From assembly GCA_016183365.1 (NCBI GenBank), contig JACPES010000003.1, positions 269,051 through 333,050 of the forward strand: 64,000 nt of DNA, read 5' to 3'. The translations under genes were made by a program, and so were the position numbers. Below the pieces are notes generated by a model. It was not told the origin of the DNA and searched no databases. It saw only the letters and a program-made list of their open reading frames with translations. The DNA is from Candidatus Collierbacteria bacterium (GTDB lineage Bacteria > Patescibacteriota > Microgenomatia > UBA1400 > JACPES01). Numbering within the stretch: the first letter of the stretch is position 1; every line of letters starts with the position of its first letter. Positions 47,627 to 56,129 of this stretch are shown here, piece after piece.

Positions 47627-48700
47627 TTATTGATAGTGTAAGAGATATCGTTCTTTCCACATTATTCCATAATTAGTTTTCATCATACGCCTAACGTTTT
47701 TGATGCCTACAGTTGCGTACCAGATGTCGTAATACACTTTAGCCGCCCAACGGAGAAGGAATAAAAATGGCGATTTAACGTCGAACATCAGCCATTCCAT
47801 CCATTTTCCGCGATGCCTTAACCACATTTCAGTAGCCATGACGATATTCGACTGATTAGCCTGTTCGAATTTGAACTGGGGAAGTTTATCTCCGACAACT
47901 TCGGTCTTCATAGATCCAACTCCGACTTGTTGTGCAAAAGTAATATGCTTGACGGTTTTCGGGTCTATCCCCATAACTCTTGAGGCTACCGTATCCAACG
48001 CCACCCGGTCCGGCGAAGCAAAAATATATCCGATTTTACGAGGTTTTCCGGTTTTAGGGCCTTTGCCCTCCATTCCAAACAAGCCGTCCATTAAAGCAAA
48101 AGTAATTTTGCCTTTGAAGAAATTGTTGACGTCGGCGATGGCCTGATGCAGAACCATATGGAAATTATGCCGCAGGTCATGGATGCATCCCCATTGATTT
48201 TTTAAAGCTCCGGTCATTGAGGAATACGAATGAGTTTTTAAAACCGGCATGGTGATGATCGTATCGGCATCAAGGAGCACTTTGCTGATTTTGAGATGAT
48301 GGAGAACCAGCGCTTTTTCAAATGACACAACACGAAATTCCGTGTGAGAAAGATTGACAACGGTCGCATCATACTTTTTTACCATATCTTCAATTCCCTG
48401 AACTTTAAACGATATATCCGCCCGCATAATTGCGGCTGTATCGGTATCCACGATAGTAATTTTTTTCGGTCGGTATTTTTTAGACGCTTTGATTACTTTT
48501 AAAACACCTTCAATCACAATTGGAGTAGTGGTGCAGGAAGGATAAATCGTGTCCCAAACCACATTGACTTTTAAAACCAAATTTTTCCCCTTCATGTATT
48601 TTTCCCATTGGGCCAATATCATGGCTTTTTCGACAGCCTTAAAGACGACTTGAGGATTAGTAGATTTATCGTCGACTTTGACGCAAGAAACGAGAGACAC
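47627..48700 (-). CDS. DUF362-family protein, possibly LarA-like (NPN-cofactor enzyme superfamily)
   Basis: 357 aa. The PVLKTHSYSSMTGALKN segment resembles the LarA PHFFAGFSGGRK region around the cofactor-binding lysine. Assignment is tentative, but adjacency to larE/B/C supports it. Confidence 0.5.
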   Translation of the reverse strand: MSLVSCVKVDDKSTNPQVVFKAVEKAMILAQWEKYMKGKNLVLKVNVVWDTIYPSCTTTPIVIEGVLKVIKASKKYRPKKITIVDTDTAAIMRADISFKVQGIEDMVKKYDATVVNLSHTEFRVVSFEKALVLHHLKISKVLLDADTIITMPVLKTHSYSSMTGALKNQWGCIHDLRHNFHMVLHQAIADVNNFFKGKITFALMDGLFGMEGKGPKTGKPRKIGYIFASPDRVALDTVASRVMGIDPKTVKHITFAQQVGVGSMKTEVVGDKLPQFKFEQANQSNIVMATEMWLRHRGKWMEWLMFDVKSPFLFLLRWAAKVYYDIWYATVGIKNVRRMMKTNYGIMWKERYLLHYQ

Positions 48701-48776
48701 AATAATAAATGGTTATAATGGTTAATAAATGGTTTAAATGATTGAGATCTTAATTTTTTTAGCCATTTTAACCATT

Positions 48777-49532
48777 CTAACCATTTTGACCATTTTGTCT
48801 ATATTCCGGGTGTCCGGTTAATTTTTTCATTCTTTCTGTTATCATGATTCTTAAATATTTCGGCACCGACTGAAAAATTGTTAATTTTGATTGTCCTTCA
48901 CCGCGGCGCTCGTATTGGATGGGAATTTCACCGACTTTGTATCCGTGGAGGTGAAATTTTATCGGGATTTCGGTGTGAATTTCAAACCAACCGCTTTTTA
49001 AGTTTAATTTTTTAAGAGCGGACGCTCTCATGATTCTATAGCCGCTGCTGGCATCATGAAGCGGATAACCGGTAGTAAGTTTGGCGGCTAAAACGCAAGC
49101 TTGCGATAATAATAGACGAAAAGCCGGACCGTCCATCGATCCTCCGGAAACGAAGCGGCTGCCGATAACCATGTCATAGCCTTTGTTTGCGGCGGAGATA
49201 AAATCCGGAATTTCCTCCGGTCGGTGAGATAGGTCGGTATCCATGGTGATAATCCATTTGCCGCGGGCAACGGCAAATCCGGCTCTTTCGGCGTTCCCCG
49301 GTCCATTATTGGAATAGCGGTGAATGACTTTAATCTGTGGGAATTCATCCGATAGTTTGTCCAGAATTTTCCCGGTATTATCCGAGCTGACGTCATCAAT
49401 GGCGATAATTTCATAAGAAAGTCGGTTGCTTGTGGCCATTTTGATAATTCTGGATATAAAAGAGAGGATATTTCCTTCTTCATTGTGAGCCGGAGTAACT
49501 ATGGAATATTTAATGTCTTTAGTCTTTGGCAT
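48777..49532 (-). CDS. Family-2 glycosyltransferase (DPM-synthase-like)
   Basis: YSIVTPAHNEEGNI…IIAIDDVSSDNT…TMDTDLSHRP. The C-terminus is encoded by CCATTTT-type tandem repeats. Confidence 0.78.
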   Translation of the reverse strand: MPKTKDIKYSIVTPAHNEEGNILSFISRIIKMATSNRLSYEIIAIDDVSSDNTGKILDKLSDEFPQIKVIHRYSNNGPGNAERAGFAVARGKWIITMDTDLSHRPEEIPDFISAANKGYDMVIGSRFVSGGSMDGPAFRLLLSQACVLAAKLTTGYPLHDASSGYRIMRASALKKLNLKSGWFEIHTEIPIKFHLHGYKVGEIPIQYERRGEGQSKLTIFQSVPKYLRIMITERMKKLTGHPEYRQNGQNG

Positions 49533-49561
49533 AACAACTGATTATCGCCTATAATAAGCCA

Positions 49562-51004
49562 ATGTTCAAGGGGATTTTTCACCGCGGCCGGTTCCTGCTT
49601 CCCCTTTTTGTTCTTTCCGGCATATTATTTAGCGGAGCTATCAGATATCCCTTTTTCCAGGATGATTTTTTTGCCCTCCAAACATCACGCGTTTATACCC
49701 CCAATGATGTTTTTCGCCTTATAGGCATACAAGATGGAACTGTTTATTGGCGTCCAATCGGGATTCAATTGTACTTTGCGTTATTACAGGCAATAAATAT
49801 AGGTTCACCTCTGGGATTTCATTTGGCCGCGTTCTTTTTTCACCTGATCAACATTTACTTGATTTTTAAGCTCACTAAATTAATTTATCCGAAAACTTCC
49901 GTCAGCCGGCTAACGGCGTTTTTCTATGCCATCAGCCCATTGCATTATTTTGCTCTAGGCTGGGCTATCAATTTTTCATATGTGATTGTTGTCACTTTGG
50001 CATTATTAGTGTTTATTTTTGCCATATCCAATAGATTAATTCTCTCTTGGACATTTCTGGTCTTAGCGTTGGCAGCCAATGAATTGGCAATATCTGTGCC
50101 AATTTTACTTGTTCTAATTCTTGTTAAGTTGAACGGAAAGCAATTTTTAAGCCAAAAGCGATTACTGAAATTCACCGCAGCGGTGTTTGCGGTGACAGTC
50201 GGTTATTTAATATGGCGGTTTTCCCAAGGAATTAGAGCGGAGAACGATTACATTATTTCGCTGATTGCCCCGATTCTTTCGATGCGTTGGTACGGATTAT
50301 GGATGATCGGTCTTAGCGACATCATTAGGGATCAGATGACAAGCATTTTTACCTTCCAAACTTTATTTACGATGAGTTTCCCCTGGGTTGTGTTTGTCTA
50401 TACATTTCAGATTGGAGTGATGTTATTAGTGATGAGCGGTATGGCGATTGAGGCTGTCCGTTCGAAACGCTGGCTGACAGAGCGGTTGTTTCAAATCGGA
50501 TGGATAGTAATTGGATTGTCTCCGGTTTTATTTTTTCCGGTTCATCTTTATTCGCATTATGCCATTTTGGCCTCCATTGCTCTTTATTGGGCAATTTCTC
50601 AATTTTTGGTCGAACTTAAGACTCCTTATAATTTAAGAATTCGGCAAATTATGACAGGGTTATGGCTGTTGGTGGCGGTAGTTACTTTGAGATTAAATTA
50701 TTTAGCCTCATGGATGAGCGATCACGCTCGCCATAGCCAACTATTTCAAGGCGAATTATTACGGCAGTATAAACAAGTTGACTCATCCGCCACTATTTAT
50801 ATAATTACGAACTCCACTAAAGCGCCTTTGGTTCTGGCCAAAGGATACTCGCTAAACTATTTGTATGGTGTTTCGCCGGAGAAAGTACACTATACTAAGT
50901 CAGCAAAAGCCTATTTATTCCCGATTGGAAATATTGATAGTGATATTACGGAACAAGAAGCTCGTGAGTTGTTAGCAATAAATGGCGTAATTTTTGATTT
51001 ATAA
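49562..51004 (+). CDS. GT-C-like polytopic membrane protein
   Basis: 480 aa, about 12 TM helices, with an FFQDDFFAL acidic first-loop motif. Confidence 0.45.
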   Translation: MFKGIFHRGRFLLPLFVLSGILFSGAIRYPFFQDDFFALQTSRVYTPNDVFRLIGIQDGTVYWRPIGIQLYFALLQAINIGSPLGFHLAAFFFHLINIYLIFKLTKLIYPKTSVSRLTAFFYAISPLHYFALGWAINFSYVIVVTLALLVFIFAISNRLILSWTFLVLALAANELAISVPILLVLILVKLNGKQFLSQKRLLKFTAAVFAVTVGYLIWRFSQGIRAENDYIISLIAPILSMRWYGLWMIGLSDIIRDQMTSIFTFQTLFTMSFPWVVFVYTFQIGVMLLVMSGMAIEAVRSKRWLTERLFQIGWIVIGLSPVLFFPVHLYSHYAILASIALYWAISQFLVELKTPYNLRIRQIMTGLWLLVAVVTLRLNYLASWMSDHARHSQLFQGELLRQYKQVDSSATIYIITNSTKAPLVLAKGYSLNYLYGVSPEKVHYTKSAKAYLFPIGNIDSDITEQEARELLAINGVIFDL

Positions 51005-51928
51005 GTGAAGTTATCAGTTGTCATCCCAAGCTATAACGGAAAACTTTTACTGGAGAAAAACCTCCCGGCGGTAATTCTGGCAGTTAATAACTGGGATCAA
51101 GGCCATAAATGGGAGGTTGTGGTTGTCGACGACGCTTCGACTGATGGGACTATCGAATGGTTGGCGCAAAACTATCCATCGGTAAAAGTGGTTAAAAACA
51201 AAAATAATTTACGTTTTGCGAAAAGCTGCAACCGCGGTGTGTCGCAAGCTATTGGCGACGTGGTGCTGCTTTTAAATAATGACGTCAAGCCTCAAAAAAA
51301 CTTTTTATCTCACCTATTGACACATTTCTCTGATGAATCTGTGTTTGCCGTGGGATGTTGCGAGCTTAATATGGTTGATGGTCAAGTCAAAGAAGGCGGT
51401 AGAGGAGTGTCAAGGTTTAACCGCGGGTTGGTGATCCATTGGCGGCCGGAGGATCAAAAAAATCAGGATGTCACTTGGGTTTCCGGCGGTAGCGCCGCCT
51501 TTAATAAAAGTATCTGGGATAAACTGGGAGGATTTGATAAATTATTCAGGCCGGCTTACGAAGAAGACCGCGACTTATGCTGGCAAGCTTTAAAATCCGG
51601 ATACAGAATAGTTTTTGAACCAAAAGCGGTGGTAGAGCATTTTCATGAAACCACTAATTTTAAATTATTCGGAAAAGCAAAAATTTCTTTATATTCCCTA
51701 AAAAATCAGCTTCTGTTTGTTTGGAAAAATGTATCTTCTCCGGAATATTTGTTTAATCATTTTCTTTGGTTACCATACCATTTGATTTTGACCACTTGGC
51801 GGACGAAGGGAATATTTTTAATAGCCTTTTGCTGGGCTTTGATTCAATTGCCGGAGGCCTTGGCTTCTAAAAGAAAGGCGTCAAAACTTTGGAGAGTAAA
51901 AGATGAAGAAATTTTTAAATTGGCTTAA
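51005..51928 (+). CDS. Family-2 glycosyltransferase
   Basis: GTG start. LSVVIPSYNGK…VVVDDASTDGT…LLLNNDV. Confidence 0.72.
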   Translation: MKLSVVIPSYNGKLLLEKNLPAVILAVNNWDQGHKWEVVVVDDASTDGTIEWLAQNYPSVKVVKNKNNLRFAKSCNRGVSQAIGDVVLLLNNDVKPQKNFLSHLLTHFSDESVFAVGCCELNMVDGQVKEGGRGVSRFNRGLVIHWRPEDQKNQDVTWVSGGSAAFNKSIWDKLGGFDKLFRPAYEEDRDLCWQALKSGYRIVFEPKAVVEHFHETTNFKLFGKAKISLYSLKNQLLFVWKNVSSPEYLFNHFLWLPYHLILTTWRTKGIFLIAFCWALIQLPEALASKRKASKLWRVKDEEIFKLA

Positions 51929-53456
51929 AGATAATTGGGGTTTAGTACTGGTTGTAATAATCGGCGGGCTTTTAAGGTTTTACCGCCTGCAGGACTTGAC
52001 TACATTTGGCGGAGATCAGGGGATTGATTACCAAAATGTGGCGAGAATGGTGGTAGAAAAAAGATTATCGTTGTTGGGCCCGGTAACCCATGTAGGAGTT
52101 TTTTTGGGTCCACTCTACTATTATCTTTTAATTCCGTTTTTTTTGATTTTTAAATTCGATCCGATTGCCACGCCGGTAATGTTTGGGTTGTTTGGGACGA
52201 CGACTGTGGGTTTGGTTTACATTTTGGCGAAACTTTTATTAAGGCCTGGCCTTGCCGGGCAAGGCCAGGCCTTTGTTGATATATTCGTCTTTCTGACTGC
52301 TCTCCTCTACGCCGTTTCACCGGTTATTCTAGAGTCCAGCCGGGCGCCATCGCAACCGCACTTGATTCCATTTTTTGCGACTCTACTGTTAATTTCAATT
52401 GTCCGCATTGTCGAGAAAAGGGATAAATGGTGGGATTGGGTTCTAACCGGGATATGTTTGGCCAGTGTGATTCAATTCCACTTTTTGGCGTTTCCGCTAT
52501 GGATTTTTACAGCAATTATATTGGTTGTCAGTAAAGGCCTGGCCCCGCTCAGCGGGGCCAGGCCTTATAAGATTTTTCTACTGGCGATTCCGGCGGTAGT
52601 TCTGTTGTTTCCCTGGTTTTTATTCGAAATCCGCCACAATTTTTTTATCACTAATCAAATTCTTGCCTACCTTCGTTCAGGAGAAGTTGAATTTCACCCA
52701 ATTGTTTATATGGAACGTGTTTTGGATTTAATCTGGTTTAGTTTTGATAAGCTGATAGGACAGGGAAACCAGTTTATTACACTTTTGTCAATCATTTTTT
52801 TCTTGTTTGCGACTAGTACTTTCTATTACAAAAAGGAGTCTCCTTTACGGAGAGACAACAGGGTCTTTTTCATCTTAATATCGTACTTCTGGCTGAATAT
52901 TTTCGGCATTGCTCTATATAAATTTCCTTTTTCCAACCATTACATTTCTGCTTTGTATCCCATAATAGTATTATTATTTTCTATCGGAGTATTTCAGATT
53001 ATGCCTCGACTATTAGCTTTTATAACTTTTTTAATATTTATTTTCTTTATTTTTCTCCACAATAATTTTACTTCTAATCACGGATATACCATGCCGGAGT
53101 GGGTAAATGCCAGCCTGATTCAAAAAGCGGCGGAAATGATTACGGGAGATATTAAAAAACAAGCCGGAACTTATAATGTGGTAAATACCCTAGACGGCGA
53201 TACCAGAGCAAATCCATACCGTTATGTTTTAATGTATAAATACAAAGTTGCCCCATTGGGGGTAGAGAAATATCCCGAAGCGGATCATTTATATATTGTC
53301 ACCAGAAACAGAAAGAATGAGTTACTGGATGACAGGCGTTGGGAATTGGCAAGTTTTCCGGTAGAAATGATTGAAGATTTAGGCATGATCGGCGGGGATA
53401 TAAAGATGTATAGATGGGATAATGGATCAGCCGATAGAAAGGATTTAAGAGAATGA
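51903..53456 (+). CDS. GT-C-like polytopic membrane protein (paralog of 23812/27100) carrying three in-frame palindromes
   Basis: FGGDQGIDYQNVARMV…LLGPVTHVGVFLGPLYYYLLIPF. Palindromes at 52251..52283, 52534..52566 and 52832..52846. Confidence 0.5.
   Translation: MKKFLNWLKDNWGLVLVVIIGGLLRFYRLQDLTTFGGDQGIDYQNVARMVVEKRLSLLGPVTHVGVFLGPLYYYLLIPFFLIFKFDPIATPVMFGLFGTTTVGLVYILAKLLLRPGLAGQGQAFVDIFVFLTALLYAVSPVILESSRAPSQPHLIPFFATLLLISIVRIVEKRDKWWDWVLTGICLASVIQFHFLAFPLWIFTAIILVVSKGLAPLSGARPYKIFLLAIPAVVLLFPWFLFEIRHNFFITNQILAYLRSGEVEFHPIVYMERVLDLIWFSFDKLIGQGNQFITLLSIIFFLFATSTFYYKKESPLRRDNRVFFILISYFWLNIFGIALYKFPFSNHYISALYPIIVLLFSIGVFQIMPRLLAFITFLIFIFFIFLHNNFTSNHGYTMPEWVNASLIQKAAEMITGDIKKQAGTYNVVNTLDGDTRANPYRYVLMYKYKVAPLGVEKYPEADHLYIVTRNRKNELLDDRRWELASFPVEMIEDLGMIGGDIKMYRWDNGSADRKDLRE
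52251..52283. repeat. Perfect 33-bp palindrome AAGGCCTGGCCTTGCC-G-GGCAAGGCCAGGCCTT inside a CDS
   Basis: 16-bp arms checked by hand. Encodes LRPGLAGQGQAFV in frame. Confidence 0.85.
52534..52566. repeat. Perfect 33-bp palindrome AAGGCCTGGCCCCGC-TCA-GCGGGGCCAGGCCTT inside a CDS
   Basis: 15-bp arms. Shares the CCCGCTCAGCGGG core with the 29828 insertion. Encodes KGLAPLSGARPYK. Confidence 0.85.
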
Positions 53457-54292
53457 AAATAGCAACGGTCATTTTAGTTTACGGAGAAAGCCCGCATTTG
53501 AACGAATGTTTAGCCAGCCTAAAATCGGCAGAAAATTCGGGTATAAATAATCAGGTTATCGTGGTTGACAATTCCAAAGATAATGCCGGTTTTTCCGGAG
53601 GGAATAACAAGGGTATCCGTCAGGCTTTAGCCGAAGGGGCAGAAGCGGTATTGATTCTAAACGATGATACAAAAGTGGCTAAATCGGCATTGTTAGAAAT
53701 GATAGATAGTCTAGAAAAAGAAGGGGTCGGAGTCGTCGCTCCTAAAATTTATTTTTATCCCGGATTCGAGTTTCATAAATCAAGATATAAGCCGAAAGAT
53801 AGAGGCAAAGTTATTTGGTATGCAGGCGGTTTAATCGATTGGAGTAATGTTGTCGGAGTCCATCGGGGAGTTGACGAAGTTGATCGCGGACAATATGAAA
53901 TAAAAGCGGAAACGGAATTCGCTACCGGATGCGCAGTTTTGATTAAAAGGGAAGTTTTCGAGACTATTGGCCTGTATGACGAAAGATATTTTTTGTACTT
54001 AGAAGATCTGGATTTTTCCGTTAGAGCTAACAAAGCAGGGATTAAAATTATTTATCAGCCCAAGGCAGTTGTCTGGCATAAAAACGCCCAATCCAGCGGA
54101 GTGGGGTCGGGGTTGCACGATTATTTTTTCACCAGGAATAGGTTGTTGTTTGGGTTAGAACATGCAACTATTAAAACTAAATTGGCTCTAATTAGAGAAA
54201 GTATCAGAATTTTCCTGAAAGGGAATAGTTGGAAAAGAAAGGGAGTAATGGATTATTATTTGAGGAAATTTGGCCGGGGTAGCTGGAAATGA
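53453..54292 (+). CDS. Family-2 glycosyltransferase
   Basis: IATVILVYGESPHL…VVDNSKDNAGF…LNDDT. Confidence 0.72.
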   Translation: MKIATVILVYGESPHLNECLASLKSAENSGINNQVIVVDNSKDNAGFSGGNNKGIRQALAEGAEAVLILNDDTKVAKSALLEMIDSLEKEGVGVVAPKIYFYPGFEFHKSRYKPKDRGKVIWYAGGLIDWSNVVGVHRGVDEVDRGQYEIKAETEFATGCAVLIKREVFETIGLYDERYFLYLEDLDFSVRANKAGIKIIYQPKAVVWHKNAQSSGVGSGLHDYFFTRNRLLFGLEHATIKTKLALIRESIRIFLKGNSWKRKGVMDYYLRKFGRGSWK

Positions 54293-55083
54293 AATTATCT
54301 GCGATAGTTATCACAAACAATTCTGCTGCCAAAATAAAAGGTTGTCTGAAATCGTTAAAATTTGCCGATGAAATTATAGTTGTGGATTCAGGCTCTACCG
54401 ATAAGACTAAAGAATTGGTCGAAAAAACCGGGGCCAGGGTTTTTGAAGTTGAAAATGTCGGCTATTCTCATAGCCGTAACGTTGGGGCCCAAAAGGCCAA
54501 AGGCGAATGGTTACTTTATATTGACGCGGATGAAAGGGTTACTCCTGAATTGGAAAAAGCAATATCCGTCATTGCGAGCCCCGTTGCGGGGCTCGCAATG
54601 ACTTTTCAGAGCTACAAAATTTACCGCAAGAATATTATCCTAGGAAAATGGCTCAAACACGGCGGCTGGTGGCCTGATCCGGTCCACCGGCTGATCAAAA
54701 AATCAGCGCTGAAAGAATGGACGGGAAAACTCCACGAATACCCCATTATTGATGGGAATGTTGGTCTGATTACTGAGCCTCTCGTTCATTTTTCAAAAGG
54801 TTCGATATCGGAAATGGTAAAAAATTCCCGCGACTTTGTGCCAATAGAAGCGCAATTGAAATCAGATGCTGGTCATCCGCCGGTAAAAATCTATCATTTT
54901 GTTTTGGCTATGTGGAGAGAGTTTTGGACCAGGGGTATTTTGAAAGCCGGTTGGTTAGATGGCATAGTCGGCATAATCGAAATCTTTTATCAAATGTTCC
55001 ACCAATTTATGGTCTATTCAATATTATGGCAAATGCAACAGTCTTCTTTCCGTCATCCTGAGCGAAACAAAAAATCTCGTTAA
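54289..55083 (+). CDS. Family-2 glycosyltransferase carrying an in-frame 35-bp perfect palindrome
   Basis: LSAIVITNNSAAKI…IIVVDSGSTDKT…YIDADE. Palindrome at 54568..54602. The C-terminus ends in a truncated element (55052..55068). Confidence 0.75.
   Translation: MKLSAIVITNNSAAKIKGCLKSLKFADEIIVVDSGSTDKTKELVEKTGARVFEVENVGYSHSRNVGAQKAKGEWLLYIDADERVTPELEKAISVIASPVAGLAMTFQSYKIYRKNIILGKWLKHGGWWPDPVHRLIKKSALKEWTGKLHEYPIIDGNVGLITEPLVHFSKGSISEMVKNSRDFVPIEAQLKSDAGHPPVKIYHFVLAMWREFWTRGILKAGWLDGIVGIIEIFYQMFHQFMVYSILWQMQQSSFRHPERNKKSR
54568..54602. repeat. Perfect 35-bp palindrome GTCATTGCGAGCCCC-GTTGC-GGGGCTCGCAATGAC inside a GT2 CDS
   Basis: Carries the GTCATTGC…GCAATGAC termini of the main element family. 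Encodes IASPVAGLAMT in frame. Confidence 0.88.
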
Positions 55084-55087
55084 ACTT

Positions 55088-56032
55088 ATGAATCATAATT
55101 CGCAAATCATTTTATACAAGACTCCCGATGATCAGATTAAAGTCCAAGTTAAATTGGAGAAAGAAACTGTTTGGTTGAATCAAGACCAAATGGTTCAACT
55201 TTTTCAGAGAGATCAGTCTGTAATTTCAAAACATATCGCGAATGTGTTTCGGGAAAAAGAACTAAAGAAAGAAAGCAATATGCAATTTTTGCATATTGCT
55301 GGATCAGATAAACCGGTAGCCTTTTACAATTTAGATGTAATTATTTCTATTGGCTATAGGGTTAAATCGATCAGAGGTACACAGTTTAGGATTTGGGCCA
55401 CGAAGACGATTAAAGAATACATGATTAAAGGCTTTGTGATGGATGACGAAAGATTGTCTCAAGGAAAAACCGGAAATAAATTTAATTATTATGACGAACT
55501 TCTAGAGAGGGTTAGGGCAATTAGAGCGTCGGAAAAGAATTTATACGAAAAAGTAAAAGATATTTTTGCCACCAGCGTTGATTATAATTCTAAAACAAAA
55601 GAGGCCGCTAAATTTTTTGCCACGGTCCAAAATGAATTTCACTACGCCATTGCCGGATACACGGCGGCGGAGCTGATTGTTAAAAGAGCTAGCGGAAGGC
55701 AAAAAAACTTGGGAATGACTAACTGGAAAGGTAAAAGCGTGGTTAAGAGCGACGCGGTAATTGCTAATAATTACATGTTGGAAAGAGAACTTCGTCAATT
55801 GTATCTGTTGGTAGAGCAATTTCTATCTTTTGCCGAACTTCAAATTGAAAGAGAAAGACCGATGTACATGAGCGATTGGAGAAAGGCGCTAGATGAATTT
55901 TTAAGCCTGAATAGATTGGAATTATTGAAGAAGAAGGGTGGAATATCACACCAGAAAATGGAAAAATTTATTAAAAGCGAGTTAGAGAAATATAAAAGAA
56001 TTTCACGGTTGTCCTTAAGGAAAAAAACATGA
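55088..56032 (+). CDS. RhuM-family (virulence-associated) protein
   Basis: N-terminus …DDQIKVQVKLEKETVWLNQDQMVQLFQRDQSVISKHIANVF… matches the RhuM family signature. Confidence 0.7.
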   Translation: MNHNSQIILYKTPDDQIKVQVKLEKETVWLNQDQMVQLFQRDQSVISKHIANVFREKELKKESNMQFLHIAGSDKPVAFYNLDVIISIGYRVKSIRGTQFRIWATKTIKEYMIKGFVMDDERLSQGKTGNKFNYYDELLERVRAIRASEKNLYEKVKDIFATSVDYNSKTKEAAKFFATVQNEFHYAIAGYTAAELIVKRASGRQKNLGMTNWKGKSVVKSDAVIANNYMLERELRQLYLLVEQFLSFAELQIERERPMYMSDWRKALDEFLSLNRLELLKKKGGISHQKMEKFIKSELEKYKRISRLSLRKKT

Positions 56033-56129
56033 ATATCGTAGCTCAAAGTCTTTGGGAGTAGCCCTTAGCACCCTATCTCATTTAATTCCGATGATAATAA
56101 TCGTTTCAAAGTTTCTTTAAGGCCAAAAA

